64,000 bases of DNA from an uncultured Actinomycetes bacterium (GTDB lineage Bacteria > Actinomycetota > Thermoleophilia > UBA2241): NCBI GenBank assembly GCA_963709345.1, contig CAVPVX010000002.1, forward strand, positions 192,001-256,000. Direction: 5' to 3'. How positions within the stretch are numbered: the stretch's first letter is position 1; the number at the start of each line of letters is the position of its first letter. Shown piece by piece: positions 45,618-56,070 of the stretch. A model generated the notes under the pieces. The model ran no database searches. It was not told where the DNA came from and saw only the letters and a program-made list of their open reading frames with translations. The position numbers and the translations under genes are program-made.

Positions 45618-46827
45618 TTGTTCACCGACTTCTTCTTCCTGCTGCGCTCCTACGGGGTGCCGGTCACGGTCACCGAGTGGCTCGCGCTCATGCGAGGACT
45701 CGCCATGGGCCTGGTGCCGACCGGCCTCGACCAGTTCTACGCCGTGGCGCGCAGCATCCTCGTCAAGAGCGAGACGTACTTCGATCAGTACGACCAGGCG
45801 TTCGCCCACATGTTCAAGGGCATCGAGACGCCCTTTGAGATCGAGGACGAGGTCTGGGACTGGCTCGCCAGCCCGCTCACCATGCCCGGGCTGACCGACG
45901 AGGAGCGCCGGCTACTGGCCGCCGCGCTCGACGACCTCGACCTGGAGGCGCTCCAGAGGTTGTTCGAGGAGCGCCTCAAGGAGCAGGACGAGGCCCACCA
46001 CGGCGGCAGCAAGTGGGTGGGCACCGGCGGTACCAGCCCCTTCGGCCACTCCGGCTATCACCCCGGCGGCATCCGTGTGGGCGGCGAGAGCCGCAACCGC
46101 TCCGCCGTCAAGGTGGCCGGCGAGCGCCGCTACCGCGGCTACCGCACCGACCAGGAGGTCGGCGTGCGGCAGTTCGAGCTCGCCCTGCGGCGCCTGCGTC
46201 AGCTGAGCTCGCGCAACGAGGGCGTACCCGACGAGCTCGACCTCGACGAGACCGTGGAAGAGACGGCGAGCAACGCCGGCCGCCTCAGCCTCGTCTGGCG
46301 CAAGAGCCGCAAGAACGCCGTCAAGGTGCTGCTGCTCATGGACGTCGGCGGCTCCATGCACGCGTATCTCCGCCTCTGCAGCCAGCTCTTCAGCGCCGTC
46401 GACCGCAGCACCCACTTCAAGGACCTGCGCACCTACTACTTCCACAATTGCGTCTACGACTGGCTCTACACGAGCACGCGTATGACGTCGTCGCGAGTCG
46501 ATCTCCACCCGACGCGTGCTCCAGGAGCTCCCCGGCGACTACAAGCTCATCATCGTCGGCGACGCGGCCATGGCCCCGAGCGAGCTGATGGCCAGCAACG
46601 GCATCATCTGGTGGGGTCACCTCAACGACGAGCCCGGAATCGAGTGGCTCAGGCGGCTGCGCACCCACTTCGACCACTCCGTGTGGCTCAACACCATCCC
46701 CGAGAGCGACTGGGACCACGCCTACGGAAGCGTCACGCTGCGCAAGGTTCGCGAGGTCTTCCCCATGTTCGAGCTCACGGTGGACGGGCTGACGGCGGCG
46801 ACGCGCAAGCTGATGGTCCGCTACTGA
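45618..46827 (+). CDS. CoxE-like VWA protein, frameshifted near 46490-46510
   Basis: F...LR..G.PV...EW, H.GG.KW.GTGGTSPFG, LMDVGGSM, YYFHNC.Y; C-terminus (VGDA.MAP.EL, VWLN) in another frame. Confidence 0.8.
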
Positions 46828-46928
46828 GGCGCGGCCGTGGCGGGCCGGCTCCGGACCTGCAGGCCGCCCCTGGCCGAACGTTCCATTGAGTACGGCGGCC
46901 GGGCGGCCGATACTTGCAGTGGCGAGCA

Positions 46929-48563
46929 ATGGCAGACCAGCGAAACGACATCGTGGCCGACGGATCCTCTTACGCGCTCGTCTGCAGTGACGGCGGGCCG
47001 GACGACGTCGTCCTCAGCGAGACCCTGGTGGCGCTCGCCGAGCAGATCGCCCGCGCGCTCGACTCCTTCGAATGCTGCATCTACGAGTACCTGCCGGAGC
47101 GCGAAGCGCTGCGCGCCCAGGCGATCTGGTCGCGGCGGCTCACGCAGCGCGACCGTGAGTGGATCGGCGAGGTGCACGCGCTCGACGAGATCCCCGACTT
47201 CGCGCGCGTCGTCGGCCGCCGCGAGGTCCTCGTGGCGTACCCCTACGACGACGTCGACGCCGCCACCTCGAGCTTCGACAGCATGGCCTACTGGGGCGAG
47301 CTGGCCGCGATCCGGGCGCCCATCGTGCACGGTGACGAGGTACTCGGCATCCTGGAGCTCACCGAGAAGACACGCGCGCGCACGTTCGACGAGCGGGACG
47401 AAAGGCTCATGCGCCAGATGGCGTCGCTCGCCGGGGTGGCGCTGCGCAATGCGCGCGTATCACGCGCGGCGGAGCAGCGTAACCGCCAGCTGACGGCCCT
47501 CATCGATTCATCGCGGGCGATGATCTCCACCCTCGACCTCGACGAGGTGCTCGACATCGTGTCACGCCAGGCGGCGCTGGCCCTGGACGCGGGCTCGAGC
47601 TACATCTACGGCTACGACGCCGAGGCCGAGGCCATGATATGGCTCGCCGAGTACCAGCGTGACCCCAGCCACGGCTTCGAGGAGCCTCTCGGCACCGTCT
47701 ACCCGCTCGCCGATCTGCCTCAGGACCTCGCCGTCGTCCGCACGCGGCGGCCGGTGGAGGTCCGCATCGACGACCCCGAGCTCGACGCAGTGACCCGGGA
47801 GCAGCTCGAGGACTGGGAGGAGCAGTCGTCGCTCATGGTGCCGCTTCTGGTGGGCGACGCCGTGGTCGGCGCCCTCGAGGTGAGCGAGGCCGACTACCCT
47901 CGTCGCTACACTGAGGAGGAGGTCGCCCTCTGCGTCGCCCTCGGGGAGCAGGCCGCCGCCGCAATCCACAACGCCCAGCTCTACAGCACGCTCCAGCAAC
48001 AGAAGGCCATCATCGAGCAGCAGGCGACGACCGACGGCCTGACAGGGCTCGCCAACCACCGCTACTTCTGGAAGCGGTTGCGCGAGGAGGCCGCTCGCGC
48101 TCGGCGGTACGACCACCCGCTGTCGCTCCTCATGCTCGACCTCGACGACTTCAAGGGCGTCAACGACCGCTTCGGCCATCCCGCGGGCGACCAGGTACTA
48201 CAGGCGGTCGGGGTCGTGCTGCGCGATCAGGTCCGCCAAGGCATCGACATCCCGGCTCGGTACGGCGGCGAGGAGTTCGCCGTCGTGCTCCCCTGCACCG
48301 AGTCCGTCATGGACGACGGCGCCACCCTCGACGGCGCGGTGACGACGGCGACGCGCATCCATCAGGCCATCGCCGATCTGCGCTCGCCGCTCGACGACGC
48401 CGCCTGGCCGGGGATCACCGCGAGCATCGGCGTCGCGACACTCCCGGTGCACGCCACCGACGCCGAAGACCTGGTCAGCAAGGCCGACCAGGCGCTCTAC
48501 CGGGCCAAGCGCCTGGGCAAGGACCGCATCGCCGTCTACGCGCCCGAGGACGAGCCCGGCTGA
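46929..48563 (+). CDS. GAF-GAF-GGDEF diguanylate cyclase
   Basis: TDGLTGLAN, DLDDFK.VNDRFGH..GD, RYGGEEF, SIGVA, ADQALY.AK. Confidence 0.9.
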   Translation: MADQRNDIVADGSSYALVCSDGGPDDVVLSETLVALAEQIARALDSFECCIYEYLPEREALRAQAIWSRRLTQRDREWIGEVHALDEIPDFARVVGRREVLVAYPYDDVDAATSSFDSMAYWGELAAIRAPIVHGDEVLGILELTEKTRARTFDERDERLMRQMASLAGVALRNARVSRAAEQRNRQLTALIDSSRAMISTLDLDEVLDIVSRQAALALDAGSSYIYGYDAEAEAMIWLAEYQRDPSHGFEEPLGTVYPLADLPQDLAVVRTRRPVEVRIDDPELDAVTREQLEDWEEQSSLMVPLLVGDAVVGALEVSEADYPRRYTEEEVALCVALGEQAAAAIHNAQLYSTLQQQKAIIEQQATTDGLTGLANHRYFWKRLREEAARARRYDHPLSLLMLDLDDFKGVNDRFGHPAGDQVLQAVGVVLRDQVRQGIDIPARYGGEEFAVVLPCTESVMDDGATLDGAVTTATRIHQAIADLRSPLDDAAWPGITASIGVATLPVHATDAEDLVSKADQALYRAKRLGKDRIAVYAPEDEPG

Positions 48564-48570
48564 CGCGCCC

Positions 48571-50196
48571 TCAGGGCTTCGCGCCGAGACAGTAGAACCA
48601 GCCGTCGCGGCAGCCGATGTAGATGCGGCCGTCCCAGATGACCGGCGTCGACTCGAAGGCGCCTTCGGCGAAGAACTGGTCGCGCTCGCTGAGGCTCACC
48701 GTCCAGTACATGCCGTCGCCGTTGGCGCTGGGGAGCGCGCCGGCGTCGCCCTTCTCGGCCGGCGCGTACTCGAGGTCGAAGAGGTGGACGCGCTGGTCGT
48801 AGCTGGCGGCCACCAGCGCGTCCTCTACGATGATCGGCGTCGAGATCGCGCCGCCGTTCCAGATCTTCGCCACCTGCACCGGCGTCTTGAGGCCGCGTTC
48901 GCGGTTCGGGCCCCGCACGGTGGCTTCGGCCATCGTGTCCTGCGACACCACGTAGAGGTACCCGTCGACGGCGCTGAAGGCGCAGAGGGCCGGGTACTGC
49001 CCGCCGGGGTTGTACTCGTCGTTGACCGCGGCCGAACCGACGATGCCGCCGTCCCAGTCCCCGATCTTGCGGTCGCCGGTCGGGAAGTACCACACGGCGG
49101 CCTCCGCCGCGGACTTCGCCGGATCGAGACACAGCATCCCGCCCTTGCCCTTGATGTACTCCTTCTCGACCGATTGCAGCAGCAGCCCGCGCTTCGTCGG
49201 CACCGGCGTCCCGTCGAGGTCCGAGCCGATGAAATAGTCCCAGACGACCTTGAGATCGGAGCGCCGGAGGCCGTACACGTGCCCGGCGCCGGAGGCGATG
49301 TACAGGTTCTCGCCGAGCGCCGAGGCCGACGACTCCAGAACAAGGTTGCGGCCGTGGCTCGCGGCGCGCTCGTCACCGAGGAGCAGTCGCTCGGCGAGGA
49401 CGACCGGCTTCTTGCCTTCCGCCCACTCCTCGGTCGCCAGCGGGTCGAGGGTGGTGAACCACCCGCTCTCGAGCCCGATGTAGAAGCGGCCGTCGTGGAA
49501 GAAGCCGCTGCCGTCGCAGTCACGGCTGTAGCAGCGCGTCTGCGGCACCGGCAGCCGCCACAACTCCTTGCCGCTCCCGAAGGTCATCGCCCGCAGCGGT
49601 GCGACGCTCTCATCGGCGAGCTTCAGCGGGTAGCCGCGGCGCGAGCCGGCGATCACGACGTACTTGTCGTCGGGGCCCGTCGGCGAGGGATTCCGGAAGA
49701 CCGACGGGCTGCTCTTGATGATGTCATCGAACTCGTACGTCCACACGACCTTGCCGGTCGTCGCGTCGATGCGCCGCAGCCGGTAGTCGTAGCCGCTCGC
49801 GATCACATAGGGCTTGCCGCCGTCGACGACGACGTTCGCCTGGCCCGTCCAGCCGCTTCCCGCCCACTTGCTGGGGGGATCGTCGTCGAGCTTGCCCGAG
49901 CTCCAGCCGCTCCCGAGCTTCACCTTCCAGAGCACGTCGAGACGCTTCGGCGCCGGTCCCAGCCCGTAGAACCGGCGCCCGTAGTTGCCGAGAAACGTGC
50001 CGACCTTGACGCCGTCTCCGGCGAGCTCCGGACGCGGCGGCGGCGAGATCGGGCCGGCCACGACCTGCGGCTGCTCGTCACCGCCGCAGCCGCAGCCGCC
50101 GCAGGCGGCGGCGCGCCAGACGACCAGCGCGAGCACGGCGACGAGGACGACGAGGGCGCCGCAGCGGCGGCGGCGCAGCTGGCACTGGCGCTGCAT
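48571..50196 (-). CDS. exported PQQ-like beta-propeller repeat protein
   Basis: N-terminal TM/signal, repeated G...W motifs (TGKVVW, GKELW), STP.I..G.IY.G..DG..YCL. Confidence 0.7.
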   Translation of the reverse strand: MQRQCQLRRRRCGALVVLVAVLALVVWRAAACGGCGCGGDEQPQVVAGPISPPPRPELAGDGVKVGTFLGNYGRRFYGLGPAPKRLDVLWKVKLGSGWSSGKLDDDPPSKWAGSGWTGQANVVVDGGKPYVIASGYDYRLRRIDATTGKVVWTYEFDDIIKSSPSVFRNPSPTGPDDKYVVIAGSRRGYPLKLADESVAPLRAMTFGSGKELWRLPVPQTRCYSRDCDGSGFFHDGRFYIGLESGWFTTLDPLATEEWAEGKKPVVLAERLLLGDERAASHGRNLVLESSASALGENLYIASGAGHVYGLRRSDLKVVWDYFIGSDLDGTPVPTKRGLLLQSVEKEYIKGKGGMLCLDPAKSAAEAAVWYFPTGDRKIGDWDGGIVGSAAVNDEYNPGGQYPALCAFSAVDGYLYVVSQDTMAEATVRGPNRERGLKTPVQVAKIWNGGAISTPIIVEDALVAASYDQRVHLFDLEYAPAEKGDAGALPSANGDGMYWTVSLSERDQFFAEGAFESTPVIWDGRIYIGCRDGWFYCLGAKP

Positions 50197-50359
50197 GGAG
50201 CGGCGGCGCGGGGGCCGCCCGTGATTTCCGGCCGTGGTCTCGATGCGGCAACGATACTACGCGTGGATGCCGGCCGCCCGCGGAGCGGATAGGATGCGGG
50301 GGCTGGCCGGCGCAGCCGCACCGGCCGCACGACGACACACCATGACCGCGGAGGCACCC

Positions 50360-51427
50360 ATGGCGACCGACCTCGACCTGCTGCGCGAGCTCTGCGCGGC
50401 CCCGGCTCCCACAGGCTTCGAAGCACCGGCCCAAGAGGTCGTCCGGCGGCGCCTCGCTCCTCTCTGTGAGCCCCAGGGTGACCCGCTCGGCAACGTCTGG
50501 GGGTCCGTGGTGGCCGATGGCGCACCCGGCGTCGTCGTCACCGCGCACAACGACCAGATCGGCCTCATCGTCACCTACGTAGACGAGCACGGCTTCGTGT
50601 CGTTCGACAAGATCGGCGGCGTCGACCCCCAGCTCATGCCCGGCCGCAATCTCGTCGTGCACGCGGCCACTGGCCCCGTCCACGGCGTCGTCGGCCGCAA
50701 GCCTTCGCACAAGATGACCAAGGAAGAGCGCGCCAAGGCTCCCGACCTCAGCGACCAGTGGCTCGACATCGGCGCCTCGACGCGTGACGAGGCGCTGGGG
50801 CTCGTCCAGATCGGTGACCCCATCACCTTTCCCGCGCACTTCCTGCCACTCGCCGGCGGTCGCTACGCCTCGCCGGCCGTGGACAACCGCGCCGGCGTGT
50901 ACGTCTGTCTGCGCGCGCTCGAGCACTACGCGAAGGCGCCGGCGGCCGCCGCCCTCACCGCCCTCACCACCGTGCACGAAGAGACGACCTTCATGGGAGC
51001 CAAGGCGATGGCGATGCGCTGGCAGCCGGACGTGATCGTGGTCGTCGACGTCGACTTCGCCAGCGACGACCCGGGGATGGACGCCAAGAAGCTCGGCGGC
51101 GAGGTCAAGCTGGGCGCCGGCCCGGTGATCCACCGCGGCGCCGGCAGCAACCTCGCCCTCGTCGATCTCGCCGTCCAGGTCGCCCAAGCCGAGGGCATCC
51201 CGGTGCAGATCAAGGCGATGCCCGGCAGCACCTCCACCGATGCCGAGGAGTTCATGGCGTCGGGCCGGGCGGCGACGCTGTCGTTCAGCATCCCCGTGCG
51301 CAACATGCACTCAGCGTTCGAGGTCTTCCAGCCGGACGATGCCGAGGCGGGCGCCCTGCTGGCGGCCGCCGTCGCGCGGCGTCTTGCCGACGGCTGGGAT
51401 CGCGAGAAGCTGGTGCCGCGCGCCTAA
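50360..51427 (+). CDS. M42-family metallopeptidase
   Basis: GFE, AHNDQIG, IGG.D, DIGA, DNRAG, VHEE, DVD, TDA, MHS. Confidence 0.85.
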   Translation: MATDLDLLRELCAAPAPTGFEAPAQEVVRRRLAPLCEPQGDPLGNVWGSVVADGAPGVVVTAHNDQIGLIVTYVDEHGFVSFDKIGGVDPQLMPGRNLVVHAATGPVHGVVGRKPSHKMTKEERAKAPDLSDQWLDIGASTRDEALGLVQIGDPITFPAHFLPLAGGRYASPAVDNRAGVYVCLRALEHYAKAPAAAALTALTTVHEETTFMGAKAMAMRWQPDVIVVVDVDFASDDPGMDAKKLGGEVKLGAGPVIHRGAGSNLALVDLAVQVAQAEGIPVQIKAMPGSTSTDAEEFMASGRAATLSFSIPVRNMHSAFEVFQPDDAEAGALLAAAVARRLADGWDREKLVPRA

Positions 51428-51514
51428 GCCCTTCGCGGCGCTCGTCGAGCAACGGGCCGCGCGCTCGTCGACCGGCGAGTCCGGCCAGGTGCGCCGGTCC
51501 ATCGCCCGCCGGCG

Positions 51515-51955
51515 CTACCGGGCAGACGCCCGGAATCCGGCGATCAGCTGCTGCTTCTGCGTGTCTGAGAGGCGGGCGGCGCTGTGGGCGAGCCTGTACT
51601 GTAGCGGGGGCATCTCGCCGTCACTCACCATCTCTGCGGCCTGAGCCATGAGCCCGCCGCCGCCGACCGCCGGCCACTCCGAGAAGTTGAGGTGGTCGCG
51701 ACCCTCTGCGACGTCCCGGTAGACGAGCCACGACGCCGGGGCGATGTTCGCGTACCAGGGCCACACCGTCTCGTTGCTGTGGCAGTCAAAGCAGGCGCCG
51801 GCGGCCAGCGCCTCGGTCTGCGGGCTGTCCCACCGCGGCTCGCCGGTCACCGGCGGGCTGGTGTGGTCGCGGCCGTACGGGACCAGCTGGATAGCGCCGA
51901 AGCCCACGACGAGGACCGCGGCGACCCACACCAGGGTCTTCTTGCGTGGCAACAT
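51515..51955 (-). CDS. heme-binding (c-type cytochrome) domain protein
   Basis: CFDCHSNET.WPWY, APASWL..DV..GR..LNFSEW, MPP..Y..H. Confidence 0.85.
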   Translation of the reverse strand: MLPRKKTLVWVAAVLVVGFGAIQLVPYGRDHTSPPVTGEPRWDSPQTEALAAGACFDCHSNETVWPWYANIAPASWLVYRDVAEGRDHLNFSEWPAVGGGGLMAQAAEMVSDGEMPPLQYRLAHSAARLSDTQKQQLIAGFRASAR

Positions 51956-51957
51956 GG

Positions 51958-52560
51958 TCAGCCTCCCGGCTCGCTGCTCCCGGCGCGCGACAGCACGCCG
52001 CCGATGAAGTCTATCTCCGCCGGCGCGACACGGCTCCAGTAGGCGTCGTTGTGGCCGCCGGCCTCGAACCCGCCCGCCGGAGGCTCCGGCAACGACTCCG
52101 CGAACGCCGTGGCGGCGGCTTGGAAGGGATCCTTCGTGCCGCAGTCGATGCGCACCGGCAGGCCGCGCAGACGCTCCACGTCCGCGAACACGCCGTGGGC
52201 CGCGTAGTCTGCGGCGCCGTCGAACGCGTCGCCGACACCGGCGTCGTGCAACTGCCAGAGCGCCGGGCTGAGCGCGCCGACGCCGCGGGAGTCAGCGGGG
52301 CGCAACTCGGCGGCGCGAAGGGCGCCGTAGCCCCCTTGGACCAGCCCATGATCGCGATCGGCCCGCCTGACCCGAAGTCGCCGCGGAGCAGCGGGATGAA
52401 CTCGTCGAGCAGCATCGCCATGGCGTCGTCGCCGGCCTCACGGCCGTGCCAGTACGTGTCGCTCGCCTGCAGTGCCGCCACGGCGAACGGCGAGACCGGC
52501 TACCGTCACGCCGCCGCCGATCAGGAACTGGCGCCGAGTGACACCAGCCTCGGGAGCGAG
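51958..52560 (-). pseudogene. Tat-exported alpha/beta-hydrolase (esterase) remnant
   Basis: RRQFL Tat motif, YWH, GWS.G, ALSPALW, DCG..DPF, GGH...YW spread over different frames. Confidence 0.6.
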
Positions 52561-52583
52561 CAGCGCGCCGGTCCGGTCCGGGC

Positions 52584-53724
52584 TCATTCGCAGGCGGGCG
52601 CCGCCGTCCGTGCCGCCGGACCGGCCGCCAGCGGCCCGCTCTGCGGGGAGCGCAGCGCCGCGGCCAGCTGGCGCGCCATCTCCGGCTGCCACTTGGCGCG
52701 CCCGTGCGCCAGCAGGTGGAAGAGGTCGGCGAAGTCGTCGTCGTGCAGGTCCACCGCCCGCTCGATATGCAGGTACGGGACCCCGTAACGGGAGGCGAGC
52801 TCGCCCGCCCGGGCCCGGTACGCCGGCACGACGCCGGCCCAGTCGGGGCCGGCGGCCGAGGAGTTCAGGGGCTGGTCGTACAGCACGACGGCGAAGCCGC
52901 GCTCACGAGCCAGCTTCAGGACCTCCTCGAGCACGGCGAAGTTGTAGTCCGCGTACTTGCGGTACAGCTGCACGTCCTTCTCCAGCACGTAGAGGACGTT
53001 GCGCCGCTTGCCGAGGGGGAGGTGGCCCTTCGCCCCCGCCGGGTAGTAGTGCTTCTCGTACTCGAGCCGGAACCCCCACGGCACGCCGCTCGACGGGCGC
53101 TCGCGCAGGTACGAGCCGAGGAAGCTGAAGACGCCGGGCAACTCCCCGGTCGCCGGCGCTTCCTTGCCGTACAGCCGCGGCGAGAGCTCCGCCAGCCGCG
53201 GGCTTCGAAGGAGGAGCGGCTGGCCGGACAGCAGCCTCTGGTCACGCTCCGGCGTGCCGGTGACCCGGATGGGGGCGAGCCCGAGAGCCACGACCGCCGG
53301 CCCGGGCGGGAGATTGTCGATGAGCGTCAGCGACATGGCCATGCTCTGCTGGTGCGCGGCGAGACTCACCACCCGCAGCGGCTCGCCCGAGCCGCGCGAG
53401 ACCGCCGCCGCGAGAGTCTCCTCACTGATGATGCACTCCATCGTCCCCGAGCCGCCGAAGAGGTAGATCGTGCGCGTCTCCGGCGGATCCTCGCGGAGCT
53501 CCGCGATGCGGTACGAGAGGTGCAGGTAGTCGTCGTGGGTGATGCGCAGGAGGCGTCCCTTGTCGACCGCGGTTATGCCGCCGCCGAGCACCGCGGACTG
53601 GAAGGCGAGCAGGACGCCGACGGCGAGGGCCGCCGCCGCAACGAGCACCAGCGGGTTGCGCTGGCGAAAGCCACGGCCGAACCAGCGCCGCCTTCGCGTC
53701 TTCTGTGCTGCGGGTGGGACTCAC
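52584..53724 (-). CDS. SGNH/DltD-like protein, paralog 4 (possible frameshift near the start)
   Basis: RGF..RNPLVL N-terminus like its paralogs, YLFGGSG, FADLFHL; the RBS-preceded GTG at 53724 is out of frame by 1. Confidence 0.7.
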
Positions 53725-53755
53725 CCTTCGCTCCTCGTCTGCAGGCGCTATCGTC

Positions 53756-55003
53756 TCACCACGTATGACCAGTAAGCCACGCGAGCGGCAGACGCACAAC
53801 GTAGTACAGCACCTTCAGCGCCTGACGGAAGTCCGGCGTCGCCACGAAGGCGTACCCCAGGGCGACGTACAGGAAGGTCACGGGATAGCCGAGCCAGCGG
53901 ATGAACGGCTCGAACGCGGCAGCCCGCGGCAGCCCCGCCTTCTTACGCGCCTTGCGGCGCTTCTTCTTCCAGCGCTGGAAGGCGGCGACGACCACGAGGC
54001 CGGTGCCGTGATACAGACCCCACACCGTCCAGTTGAGGTCGACGTAGTGCCAGAGGCCCATGGTCAGCATGCTCGCGTACAGACCGAGCCAGGGCTTGCG
54101 GGTGAGCCCGAAGACCGGGAAGTAGACGTTGTTGCGCACCCAGCTGGAGAGGGAGATGTGCCAGCTGTGCCAGAAGTCGCTGAGGTTCTTCTGCAGGAAC
54201 GGCAGGTGGAAGTTCTCCATGATCCTGAAGCCGAACAGCGACGAGAAGCCGATGGCGAGGTCGGTGTAGGCGGAGAGGTCGAAGTACGCGCGCACGAAGA
54301 CGATGATGCAGAAGGCGAGCGGCCACCACGTCCCCACCTCGCCCGGGTTGAAATCGGTGCGCCCGATGGTCGTCGTGATCTTGCCGAAGAACATGACGAA
54401 GAGGAAGTCGACGACGAAGACCTTCTTGAAGTACCCGAGCGCGATGCGCCTGAGCCCCGTGTAGAAGAGCTGCCGGTCGAACTCGAAGCTGCGCTTGCCG
54501 TAGAACCCCTGGTACGTCTCGAGCGGGCCGGCCGGGAAGGTCGGGATGAACATCATGAACGCGCCGAGGCGCAGCAGCGAGTTGTCCTGAATCACGCCGC
54601 GCATGCAGTCGAAGACGTACTGCAGCAGGCGGAAGACGAAGTAGCTGATGCCGAGAGGCATCAGCAGATGAGAGACGACCCAGTCGCCCTCTCCCCACAC
54701 GGCGATCACCCCGCGCTGGCCGTACTTGCCGATCGCAAGGGTGATGAGAGCGATGAGGATCGCGATGAGCACGGCGCGGCTCCCGCGCAGGCGCTCGTGC
54801 CGATGCAACTCGACGAGCTGGTGGACGACCAGCACCAGCCCCACGGCCACGGCCGCGAATATCGGGTGGAGGACCGCCAGGATGCCGACGCTGAGGAGCA
54901 GCGTGAAGAGCAGGCGGTGCTTGTCGTTGCGCAGCGCCAGCCAGAAGACGACCAGGGCCACCGCGACGACCGGGATCAGGTACAACGTGAAGTAGATCTT
55001 CAC
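53756..55003 (-). CDS. MBOAT O-acyltransferase (DltB/AlgI-like)
   Basis: PLGISYF.FR, AGP, YFD.SAY.D.AIG, ENF..PF, FW..WHISLSSW.R..VY.P, MGLWH catalytic His. Confidence 0.92.
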   Translation of the reverse strand: MKIYFTLYLIPVVAVALVVFWLALRNDKHRLLFTLLLSVGILAVLHPIFAAVAVGLVLVVHQLVELHRHERLRGSRAVLIAILIALITLAIGKYGQRGVIAVWGEGDWVVSHLLMPLGISYFVFRLLQYVFDCMRGVIQDNSLLRLGAFMMFIPTFPAGPLETYQGFYGKRSFEFDRQLFYTGLRRIALGYFKKVFVVDFLFVMFFGKITTTIGRTDFNPGEVGTWWPLAFCIIVFVRAYFDLSAYTDLAIGFSSLFGFRIMENFHLPFLQKNLSDFWHSWHISLSSWVRNNVYFPVFGLTRKPWLGLYASMLTMGLWHYVDLNWTVWGLYHGTGLVVVAAFQRWKKKRRKARKKAGLPRAAAFEPFIRWLGYPVTFLYVALGYAFVATPDFRQALKVLYYVVRLPLAWLTGHTW

Positions 55004-56070
55004 CCGCTCTTCCCCTCCGTTCCCTCATCGTTCATGAGCCTCATGAGCGCGGCCGCCAGCGCACTCTGCCAGATGACGCGCCCCGGTTCCACCAGATGCG
55101 AGAGATCCTGGAAGTACGCGTCGGGGATCGCGACCGTCTCGTTCAGGTCGAGATACGGCGCGTCGTACTCTCGCGCGAGCCGCGCCACCGGCGCGCGATA
55201 CGCCCGCTGCGCGCGCTCGAAGCGGCCGCGGACGACGTCGGTGTTGAGCGGCAACTCGAGAAGGACGATGCGCACACCGCGATCGCGGGCCCGCCGGAGC
55301 AACTCCTCGAGCATGGCGAGATTGCTCGCGCGATTCTCCTTGAAGACCGGGTACCGGCGCGTGTTCCACACGCCGACGAGGCGCTCCTTGTAGCGCGTCG
55401 AGCGCGCCGAGTCCTCCGAGTAGCGATGCAGCTCGTACGGCGTGCTCGGCGGCTCGCCCTCGAGCAGCGCCGCACCGTGCGTTCGCGTCCAGTCGGTGAT
55501 ATACGACCAGATCCCCGGGAGGATCGTGTACTGATACCTCTGCAGGTCCCACTCGGCGGCGACGAACCGGCGCAGAGCGGGACTGCGCAGCAGAAACTCG
55601 CGTCCCTCCACCTGCTGCGCATTCTGCTCCCGGGTGGGAGTGAAACGTCCCAGATTGACGCCGACGAGCAGCCAGGCAGGCGTGTCGGGGACGGCCTCGA
55701 TCACGGCCATGGTCTGCGCGAAGTTCTGGTTCATGGAACCCAGGTCGTACGCGGCGACGCGAGGCCCGCCGAGCTCCTCTATCTCGGCGGCGAGACTCTC
55801 GCCGCTCACGATGGACTCGCGCGCGCTCGAGCCGCCGAGCAGGTACACGGCGGGCGTGCCCGGCGGGTCCCGCCGTGCCCTTCCCACCATCCATGAGACG
55901 TAGGTGAACGAATCCCTGGGATTCCGCAGGCAGCGGTCCAGCGGGACGCTGGTCCAGGACCCGCTCGTGAACAGCCATTGGAATCCGAGCAGCGCCGGGA
56001 CGAGCAGGATGGCGGCGACCAGCAGCACCAGGGGGCTGCGATTGAGGAAGCCGCGACGGAAGCTGCCCAT
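55000..56070 (-). CDS. SGNH/DltD-like protein, paralog 3
   Basis: N-terminal TM, YLLGGSSARE, FQDLSHL. Confidence 0.75.
   Translation of the reverse strand: MGSFRRGFLNRSPLVLLVAAILLVPALLGFQWLFTSGSWTSVPLDRCLRNPRDSFTYVSWMVGRARRDPPGTPAVYLLGGSSARESIVSGESLAAEIEELGGPRVAAYDLGSMNQNFAQTMAVIEAVPDTPAWLLVGVNLGRFTPTREQNAQQVEGREFLLRSPALRRFVAAEWDLQRYQYTILPGIWSYITDWTRTHGAALLEGEPPSTPYELHRYSEDSARSTRYKERLVGVWNTRRYPVFKENRASNLAMLEELLRRARDRGVRIVLLELPLNTDVVRGRFERAQRAYRAPVARLAREYDAPYLDLNETVAIPDAYFQDLSHLVEPGRVIWQSALAAALMRLMNDEGTEGKSG

Noticed and set aside
46490-46516. Frameshift in the CoxE-like gene as a second recoding event
   Set aside because: No slippery run or stimulator, and it splits the VWA domain; likely a mutation or sequencing error.
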